From the IMG/VR virus record IMGVR_UViG_3300044797_000098, positions 248,001 to 312,000 of that record: 64,000 bases of DNA; one strand, given 5' to 3'. Position 1 is the stretch's first letter; every line of letters starts with the position of its first letter. A model generated the notes under the pieces. It was not told where the DNA came from. It saw only the letters and a program-made list of their open reading frames with translations, and searched no databases. A program made the translations under genes and the position numbers. Below, piece after piece: positions 57,624-64,000 of this stretch.

Positions 57624-58781
57624 ATGATCCTCTTACGAACCGTCAAAATCTTTCTCACAAACGCAAAAGAGCAACTTTTGCCTACGGCTATTGCTTATAC
57701 TAACGCTTATAACTACGCTTGTCAAGACGGTTATGACGGGAAAATAACATCAGGATACGATCTCCATAAACGAACTTATAGCACAATGCGTCAAACGCTT
57801 CCTGCTCAATTAGCCGTTTCTGCAAGAACCAAGGCAACAGAATCATTAGTTTCAATAGCAGGGCTAAAACGAAAAGGTAAAAAGACTTCGTGCCCGAAGA
57901 GCAAACTTTGCAGCATCCGTTATGATGCCCGTTCTTATTCGTTATGGTTAGAACGAAACGAAGTTTCCCTTCTCACATTGGAAGGAAGAAAACGCTTTGC
58001 GTTTTCTTTACCAGAATGTTATAGTCAATACAGAACATGGAAAAATAAATCAGCAGAATTGAAAATCTACGGTAAACAAGTAATACTAAACGTTGTATTC
58101 GAAAAAGAGATTACAGACACAGAACCAAACGGTAGAATCATAGGTTGCGATAGAGGTGAAAACAATTTAGCCGTTTTGTCAAACGGTAAGTTTTTCGGTG
58201 GCAGAAAAATCAAACAGAAAGCGAGACAGTATAGGAAGTTGAGAACAGAGTTGCAAAAGAAAGGCACGCGTTCAGCAAAAAGACACCTTCGGAAAATACG
58301 ATCGAAGGAGAGACGGTTCAGGGCTGACGTTAACCATTGCATATCGAAACAGATAGTAGCACTTTTGCAAACTGGTGATACGGTTGTATTAGAGAAACTA
58401 ACGGATATTAGAAAGAATATGAAACGGAAAAAGAAACATATGGCAGACGCTCATTCGTGGTCTTTCTATCAGTTAGAACAGTTTCTCATATACAAGGCGA
58501 TGGCAAAAGGTATAAACGTTGTTTTTATAGACGGAAGATATACCAGCCAATCGTGCAGTAAATGTGGCAATATAAGAAAAGCAAACAGAAAAGGAAGCAG
58601 ATTTAATTGCAGAGAATGCGGTTATACTTGCGATGCCGATCTGAATGCGTCTTTCAACATTGCTCAAAAATATCAAGCGGGGCTTCGCCCCGCTGGATCG
58701 GGCTCAGTCAATAGTCCTAACGGAAGCAATTCCAATGTATCGTCAACGGCAACGTTGGCAGATACAAGCCCTTGCCTTTAG
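57624..58781 (+). CDS. tnpB: RNA-guided endonuclease TnpB
   Basis: RuvC GCDRGE, VVLEKL, DADLNAS; zinc finger CSKC...CREC. Confidence 0.95.
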   Translation: MILLRTVKIFLTNAKEQLLPTAIAYTNAYNYACQDGYDGKITSGYDLHKRTYSTMRQTLPAQLAVSARTKATESLVSIAGLKRKGKKTSCPKSKLCSIRYDARSYSLWLERNEVSLLTLEGRKRFAFSLPECYSQYRTWKNKSAELKIYGKQVILNVVFEKEITDTEPNGRIIGCDRGENNLAVLSNGKFFGGRKIKQKARQYRKLRTELQKKGTRSAKRHLRKIRSKERRFRADVNHCISKQIVALLQTGDTVVLEKLTDIRKNMKRKKKHMADAHSWSFYQLEQFLIYKAMAKGINVVFIDGRYTSQSCSKCGNIRKANRKGSRFNCRECGYTCDADLNASFNIAQKYQAGLRPAGSGSVNSPNGSNSNVSSTATLADTSPCL

Positions 58782-58816
58782 GCAAGGGTAGTTGACCTTC
58801 TACATATTTCCATTCT
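58620..58816 (+). ncRNA. predicted TnpB reRNA (omega RNA) with flank-derived guide; 5' limit approximate
   Basis: Established TnpB architecture: the RNA overlaps the tnpB 3' end and right end, and the guide starts at 58797. Confidence 0.55.
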
Positions 58817-59085
58817 TCTTCATCTGAAACTTGTGCCCAAGTTTTTGCAAACTTCAATCCACCGGGGCAATAACCATTATCAGCAACAACGCGTTGTGCG
58901 AAGTCAATATAATCATTCAAGTCAAGATCATCAAAATAATCCCTACCCCAAAAATCAAGTATATCGTCTCGTGTCATTCCTTCGATGACCATAGCGATTA
59001 TTTGATTGATTGTAATGCGATGACCGGGGAGGCAGGGCTTGCCTCCACAACGGTCATCATCAATTTCGAATGAGATTGCTCTCAT
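58797..59085 (-). pseudogene. DUF433-domain gene, 5' part, interrupted by the IS
   Basis: DDRCGGKPCLPGHRITI...GMTRDDIL; the ORF-track tail QLPLPKGKG is IS right-end sequence. Confidence 0.75.
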
Positions 59086-60215
59086 CCACCGCTCTTCATT
59101 CGCCCTGAAAGATCTTTGAGAATGGCATCAAACTCTGGCGATTGATCAAGATCCATATCAACCGTTCGTTCAAGACCAATTTGGCTTCGGATGCTAACCA
59201 ATGCCAACTCTGGATCAACTTTTCGAAGGAAACTTGCAACCGTTTCTGTTTCCTTTGGAAGTTCCCTGTCCTTCTTCTTGGTTTTATTCTTTTCCGCATT
59301 TTCGTCAAGCAAACGAGCCAATCGATTGCAAACAATCATGCATGCAACGCAACGCTTGCTTGGTTCAAGATCATCAAAACCTTTGATGTTTTCGCCTCGC
59401 ATGATCTTCTCAACGATTGGCAAAAGCACCTGATAGTGATCAAAATACGCAGCATATTTGATACCAACTTTTCGACCAACGCAACCAGATGCTTTGTTGG
59501 TTAAGATACCATGAGACCAATTGTGTTTCTCACCGAATGTAAGAATGTTGGAATAATTATGCCATCCGCGTGGTGAAGGGTCTGCATAAACATCGCCGGG
59601 ATCTGTATCTCCAAAAAGATCTTCTCCGTGATCAGCAAGATATGCTGTGATTGAAGCGTGGATTTGTCCTTCTTTTGCTGCCCAATCAAGCCATTGCGTT
59701 GTTGTTGCTTCAACAAGATACTTCTCTGCACGGTCAAGCAATGGAAGTGGCGGACGCGAACCACCTTCATTCGGAAGGTTTCCTGCCATTAGGACTGCTT
59801 GTAGATTAGGAAGGGTGCGACCATTGATCGTGTGGAATTGTGTGAATTCAAGTAATGGTGCAATGACGCTATGATCCATTTTATCGATTTCATCGAAGAA
59901 AACGACGACTTTTTCGTTGCCCTTCATTAGGGTTTCGTAGTAATATGGAAGCAGAAACTTAATAAACTCTGCTTCTTTCACATCCATAATTTTTGGGAAA
60001 CCGCCTGCATCAGTTCGTTCGAATGTGCTGGCATTTAGATACAACATCGAAAAACCAGAGTTTTTGATCGAACTCTTTCCGATTGCTGATTTACCACTAC
60101 CCCTTCGGGCACAAGAGAAAATATTACCACCGTATTGGATAGTGGCTGCGGTTATTTCAGACAATTCCTTGGTGTTAATCCGTTGCATATTAAAATCTGA
60201 TGATACTGCTGTCAT
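59082..60215 (-). CDS. MoxR-type AAA+ ATPase
   Basis: RRGSGKS Walker A, FFDEID Walker B, MAGN, PLLDR, PSPRGW. Confidence 0.88.
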   Translation of the reverse strand: MTAVSSDFNMQRINTKELSEITAATIQYGGNIFSCARRGSGKSAIGKSSIKNSGFSMLYLNASTFERTDAGGFPKIMDVKEAEFIKFLLPYYYETLMKGNEKVVVFFDEIDKMDHSVIAPLLEFTQFHTINGRTLPNLQAVLMAGNLPNEGGSRPPLPLLDRAEKYLVEATTTQWLDWAAKEGQIHASITAYLADHGEDLFGDTDPGDVYADPSPRGWHNYSNILTFGEKHNWSHGILTNKASGCVGRKVGIKYAAYFDHYQVLLPIVEKIMRGENIKGFDDLEPSKRCVACMIVCNRLARLLDENAEKNKTKKKDRELPKETETVASFLRKVDPELALVSIRSQIGLERTVDMDLDQSPEFDAILKDLSGRMKSGG

Positions 60216-60471
60216 TGTTTTTCTTCCTTGTTGTGTGTTGTTGGTTCAAAATCGTCGTTATCAAAATCCCAATGTCTGCAATCTTCATTTCCAAAAAGAA
60301 TAATTTCAACATTGAAAAACTAAAAAATATACCCGCATGATCCTTCTTTACCCTGCGTTTTAGATATAGTTCCCACATCGAAGCAAGATTACCACGCCAT
60401 TGAAACTGAAACTCAAACCATTTATTTGGTATTGGGAGCGGGCAGGAAAAGATATATGATTTATTTTTCAC
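60190..60471 (-). CDS. hypothetical protein
   Basis: Coupled ORF (KxDHAG). Confidence 0.55.
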   Translation of the reverse strand: MKNKSYIFSCPLPIPNKWFEFQFQWRGNLASMWELYLKRRVKKDHAGIFFSFSMLKLFFLEMKIADIGILITTILNQQHTTRKKNNDSSIIRF

Positions 60472-60704
60472 GCCAACACCAATAACTTGGATGCTTTTAT
60501 GATAGCATCACCAAGCGATTTCATATCCTCTATTGATATCGCTTCGACATGATCGGATGCCCAATTTCTTTCAATATGTCTTCCATCCGCTGATACCCAA
60601 TTAGCCTTACGATCAAAACTTAAGTCAATACTACCATCATCGAAAACTTTAATAACTAACTGTCTTTCTATTTCGCTTTCGATTTTGAGTTTTATTTCTT
60701 TCAC
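60468..60704 (-). CDS. hypothetical protein, tag SKLLVLA*
   Basis: Tag. Confidence 0.7.
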   Translation of the reverse strand: MKEIKLKIESEIERQLVIKVFDDGSIDLSFDRKANWVSADGRHIERNWASDHVEAISIEDMKSLGDAIIKASKLLVLA

Positions 60705-60934
60705 GCTAACACCATCAATTTTTGATATCGTTGCATATGTTCAATTAGTTCATTGAAGTTTTGACCGGTAATACTAATGCTCTCAACCTCTTGCCAATAA
60801 TTATGACCAGTTTCCATCAACTCAATACTAACCTTAATATCAATATCGTTTTCATATGGATTGAAACAAACTCTATACTTGTAATCTGAATGATCTTGTG
60901 TTAGATCAAAAATCATCTTTTTCATTGACCCCAC
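60701..60934 (-). CDS. hypothetical protein, tag QKLMVLA*
   Basis: Tag. Confidence 0.7.
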   Translation of the reverse strand: MGSMKKMIFDLTQDHSDYKYRVCFNPYENDIDIKVSIELMETGHNYWQEVESISITGQNFNELIEHMQRYQKLMVLA

Positions 60935-61377
60935 ACCAATCCTTCATTGCCCCAAAACACATAATTGCCATCATCCAACTCAATTAGATGCAACTGTTGT
61001 TTTAGATTTTCCCATTCCACTGTCAATACATATTGACCATTTTGCCAATGCGAACCGTCTTTATTATTGACAATGCAGGTTCCTAATCCAGCAAGATATT
61101 CGAGCACAATAACGGAAACTTTGTCATCGCTGAATACCGAATAACTGCAACCCTCATCACTCAACTTAACCGCTTCCTTGCTATTTGTCAAGGCAGCGAC
61201 CGAGACTTCCGAATGTATCCTACCTTCACCCACAAGTATCTGAAACTTCAATGTTTCATTTGGTCGAGATGATATTGCGAATGCTGTTGCGTCCTGAAAA
61301 TACTGTTGTCCCGTCATATCATTGAATATGAACTCGGAACGAACATAAGATAGGAACGGAGGAATGTTAATTAGCAT
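60922..61377 (-). CDS. hypothetical protein
   Basis: 151-aa ORF. Confidence 0.65.
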   Translation of the reverse strand: MLINIPPFLSYVRSEFIFNDMTGQQYFQDATAFAISSRPNETLKFQILVGEGRIHSEVSVAALTNSKEAVKLSDEGCSYSVFSDDKVSVIVLEYLAGLGTCIVNNKDGSHWQNGQYVLTVEWENLKQQLHLIELDDGNYVFWGNEGLVWGQ

Positions 61378-61378
61378 A

Positions 61379-61564
61379 TTAAAATAACAACTGATATTTA
61401 TCCCATTGTTCTTGTGTTAAGAGAATGTATTCAGAAAAAATAAGCGTGTTATCCATATGATTTTTAATCTCTACTAAATAGGAAGAATTTAAGTAATATT
61501 CCGTAGTAAAATACGCTCTTTTTATACGGCAAGGTTCTAAAAATACATACGGTAAGTTTTTCAA
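61379..61564 (-). CDS. short YLxPW/GYILLT family member, tag DKYQLLF*
   Basis: FLEPC...EYILLTQEQWDK. Confidence 0.7.
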   Translation of the reverse strand: MKNLPYVFLEPCRIKRAYFTTEYYLNSSYLVEIKNHMDNTLIFSEYILLTQEQWDKYQLLF

Positions 61565-61630
61565 TCCAGTTTTAAAAGATATGACCGGATATATATGGAG
61601 AGAGATATTTTTTATCCATAACTAAATAAT

Positions 61631-61900
61631 TTAGTTAACGTTTTTCTTGCTCTTACTGGTTTCTGACGGAACAACAAACTTATCTTCCGCGGATTTTGTT
61701 TTCTTTGGCGCTACTGGCATGTCATAAACATATACCGGCATTGAGCCAGCATTTGCATAATACTTCTCTTGTTGCTCAACCAGTTTTTGGATTGTTTTTT
61801 CTTCGCGATTATATTCTTTTAGATATATCGCCAAAAGAAACCCGAATGCACAAACGATGAATACTGCTAACGCGAGGAATAATGCTGTTCCGATTGTCAT
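61631..61900 (-). CDS. single-TM hypothetical protein
   Basis: N-terminal hydrophobic helix. Confidence 0.65.
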   Translation of the reverse strand: MTIGTALFLALAVFIVCAFGFLLAIYLKEYNREEKTIQKLVEQQEKYYANAGSMPVYVYDMPVAPKKTKSAEDKFVVPSETSKSKKNVN

Positions 61901-62061
61901 TTGTCTTCTCTACTTTCTATGTATTTGTCAAACAATTTTCTTGCTTTTTCCGAAACCTGTGCTGCTTTTTCTTGTGCTTTTGATGCTTTAACCAATAACT
62001 TTATATCACCAAGTTTTTCGATTGATGCTACGAATTGTGAGGTTTTAGTTAGTAAATCCAT
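61897..62061 (-). CDS. 54-aa protein MDLLTKTSQF...ESREDK (not in ORF track)
   Basis: Manual translation; TAAT-aattca-GTAT 7 nt upstream; overlaps the next ATG. Confidence 0.65.
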   Translation of the reverse strand: MDLLTKTSQFVASIEKLGDIKLLVKASKAQEKAAQVSEKARKLFDKYIESREDK

Positions 62062-62079
62062 TAGTAAAATACTGAATTA

Positions 62080-62742
62080 TTAGATATCGATTACTCTCAC
62101 TGGATTGACAACTTCGTATTTGGCATTCAAAATTGCACAATTAGCGAATACGATATCGTTAATTACTTTAACCCCGCTGCTTGGATGACAATGCCCGAAA
62201 AGATGAGCCTTCAATGATTTTAATTGTTGGATGCGTTTTGCAAGCATTTCGCATCCGATATTACGAATAATCTCTTCTCCAAACCAAACCTCTCCTGTTG
62301 GAACCCGATCGAGAATGTCATATGGCGGTGAATGTGTTATGAGTATATCAACATCATTAGGGATAGCATTCCATCTTTTTGCAATATCTTCACCTCTCGA
62401 AGCCATGAACCAATACTCACCATATGCAGGTGTCCAAGGCGAACCATAAAACTTTACTCCATCAATTACATCTTCGTTATCTTCCAGATATGTGATGCCA
62501 GCATCTTGTAAGTATGCCAGAGCCGTATCACGATAGTATGATTGTGCTTGGAACCGATCATGATTACCGAATATGACATACTTCTTTTTATGAGGAAGTT
62601 CTCCCATCCATTCTGCAAAATCATTCATAATTTTTAATTGACCGCTAATGGTAATATCACCACAACACACCGCAACATCTCCATCGGGAACATCAATACC
62701 CCTATGATGTCCATGCATATCTGAAAAACTACATATTCTCAT
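62080..62742 (-). CDS. calcineurin-like metallophosphoesterase (MPPED-like)
   Basis: SDMHG, GD, GNHD, THSPP, FGHCH intact. Confidence 0.92.
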   Translation of the reverse strand: MRICSFSDMHGHHRGIDVPDGDVAVCCGDITISGQLKIMNDFAEWMGELPHKKKYVIFGNHDRFQAQSYYRDTALAYLQDAGITYLEDNEDVIDGVKFYGSPWTPAYGEYWFMASRGEDIAKRWNAIPNDVDILITHSPPYDILDRVPTGEVWFGEEIIRNIGCEMLAKRIQQLKSLKAHLFGHCHPSSGVKVINDIVFANCAILNAKYEVVNPVRVIDI

Positions 62743-63416
62743 TATACACCAAAAAACATTTTTATTTTTTCAATAATTTCATTACGAAACTCTAACGTTA
62801 TTTTTTTCCATTTTATGCGTAAAATAATCCAACCATTATCTATTAAAAATCTATCTTTCTTTTCATCTGAAAGCTTTCGTTCTAATATTTCGTGTTGTTT
62901 TCCGTCAATTTCCATCGCTAATTTTTTATCTATATTGGCAAAATCAATAAACCATTTCCCTACTTTGTATTCACGTTGATATGAAACATTAAGTTCGTCC
63001 AACATAGATATAATATATTTTTCTGGGTAGGATGGTTCTATTTTAGATCTTGATGTCCATCCAGTATGGGTTCCATTAGCCACACGTTCTTTGGCTTTAA
63101 TTGAAAGACGTTTTCTAGTTTCTGGGTTTGTAGGAGCTTGTGATTTACACTTGGTAGAGCAGTATTGTTGTGTTTTTCTATGTTTAATAACGAAGACTTT
63201 ATTACAAAATAAACAGTTTCTTTCTTGTTTTGGTTTCTGCAACGCTAATGATGTTTTTAATTTGGATGAATCTGTATGTCGTAAGTTAGAAAAATATGTA
63301 TTAGAACATCCTAATGAACATGTTGTTTTCTCTTTCGGACTACCTTGTGTAGTAGTAAATACTTTATCGCAGACTGGACAGTTTTTATTTATTAATTTAT
63401 ATTTTCTTACACCCAT
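62742..63416 (-). CDS. DUF559/Vsr-like endonuclease with N-terminal zinc ribbons (homing-type)
   Basis: SYPEK, IDFA, EIDGKQH, GW.ILRI.W; start moved to MGVRK. Confidence 0.82.
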   Translation of the reverse strand: MGVRKYKLINKNCPVCDKVFTTTQGSPKEKTTCSLGCSNTYFSNLRHTDSSKLKTSLALQKPKQERNCLFCNKVFVIKHRKTQQYCSTKCKSQAPTNPETRKRLSIKAKERVANGTHTGWTSRSKIEPSYPEKYIISMLDELNVSYQREYKVGKWFIDFANIDKKLAMEIDGKQHEILERKLSDEKKDRFLIDNGWIILRIKWKKITLEFRNEIIEKIKMFFGV

Positions 63417-63438
63417 TAATTCCAATATAGTATAAAAA

Positions 63439-63468
63439 CTCACCCAGCATTTTGACATACTGGGTGAG
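63439..63468. other. GC-rich hairpin upstream of the DUF559 gene
   Basis: CTCACCCAG...CTGGGTGAG. Confidence 0.55.
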
Positions 63469-63525
63469 CAGACCAACGAACAACACAACTAACAACGAAA
63501 GGAAACAAACAATGAAACGAACGAA

Positions 63526-63867
63526 TTAAACTTTTGGAAGATTAATCTTCGATGCTACCCATTGATAGATAGTTTCGAATGATTGAACTGGGCAGAAAAA
63601 CAAGTTTTGAAGAAAGGCTTCGAGATATTGTAATTTATTTGGCATGAATGGTGTTTTATCGATGAACAATGATTTTAGTGTAAGTGCAACACCGAGACAA
63701 CCACCAACGAGAAAATATAAACCTGTGTGGAACAATACACCAAACGCTCCACCAAGAACAACTACTGCATGGGCAAGCAACCAAGGAATTGGTTTTGAGC
63801 GATCTACCATGAAAAATACATAAACTGCGTATAATGCAAGGAAAACGAAGTGAAGGATGTTAGGCAT
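63526..63867 (-). CDS. small membrane protein
   Basis: Three hydrophobic segments. Confidence 0.65.
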   Translation of the reverse strand: MPNILHFVFLALYAVYVFFMVDRSKPIPWLLAHAVVVLGGAFGVLFHTGLYFLVGGCLGVALTLKSLFIDKTPFMPNKLQYLEAFLQNLFFCPVQSFETIYQWVASKINLPKV

Positions 63868-64000
63868 TGATTTGACTCCCTGTATATTTTGGGATTAGTC
63901 CCAGATTACTAATGTATGCAGGATTATGCCTATTTACTATTGCCCTTTTTTAAAGAATGACTTTATACAAGGCAATATATCATCATCAGATCCGATTGTT

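Larger units (their letters stand above)
57510..58796 (+). mobile_element. non-autonomous IS200/IS605-family element (tnpB only)
   Basis: Subterminal hairpins CCGTCGCC-ttta-GGCGACGG (57517-57536) and CCCTTGCC-ttta-GGCAAGGG (58769-58788); boundaries restore the host frame. Confidence 0.8.

Noticed and set aside
58717-58796. C-terminal 26 aa of the ORF-track DUF433 protein
   Set aside because: Read-through into the IS right end on the opposite strand, not native coding sequence.
57510-58796. IStron (self-splicing intron plus TnpB)
   Set aside because: Only about 114 nt precede tnpB, too little for a group I intron core, and the element is antisense to the host gene.
3958-61564. C-terminal tag as a DNA-level element (integron attC, hidden SD or recombination site)
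   Set aside because: Synonymous codons vary freely, there is no palindrome or AGGAGG, and the tag also occurs where the next gene does not overlap. Kept as a protein-level motif.
795-63435. Most other + strand ORFs of 60-180 aa lying opposite identified genes (795, 5115, 9366, 17477, 24486, 63091 and others)
   Set aside because: Fully overlapped by well-supported minus-strand genes and have composition typical of antisense frames.
1-64000. Stop-codon reassignment, as in some large phages
   Set aside because: Known enzymes are full length under code 11, and TAA, TGA and TAG all end genes at sensible overlaps.
1-64000. tRNA, rRNA or CRISPR arrays
   Set aside because: No cloverleaf or T-loop pattern and no regularly spaced direct repeats were seen by eye; tRNAscan-SE and a CRISPR finder were not run.

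Overview
An AT-rich, densely packed, mostly minus-strand window that reads like part of a large (jumbo) bacteriophage genome. This is inferred from many short ORFs joined by ATGA-type overlaps, isolated host-like auxiliary genes and no cellular core operons; no terminase, capsid or tail gene is visible here. The standard genetic code fits. Recognisable genes include bS21, topoisomerase IA, an FtsK-like ATPase, DksA, two HU-like proteins, Dps, PyrE, PyrF, Hsp20, IscA, SET and MT-A70 methyltransferases, a TrmH methylase, an RNA-repair set (two Rnl2-type ligases, PNKP, Thg1-like), an 8.5-kb glycosylation cluster, a MoxR AAA+/VWA pair, HNH, GIY-YIG and DUF559 endonucleases, and a TnpB-only IS200/IS605 element. 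Three results stand out. (1) 36 short ORFs from at least six unrelated families end in the same heptapeptide, roughly (E/D)-K-(Y/L/F)-x-hydrophobic-L-x-STOP, which none of the recognisable enzymes carry: a candidate C-terminal targeting or degradation system. (2) A non-sigma70 motif, (Y)AAT-N6-GCAT, sits 6-14 nt before the ATG of a separate, untagged gene set: a candidate late, leaderless promoter. (3) Removing the TnpB element at TCAC|...TGAC| restores an in-frame gene, which predicts its TAM and guide. Several enzyme homologues (phosphatase, Thg1, MazG-like) have lost catalytic residues. All family assignments are by-eye motif recognition; no database searches were run.
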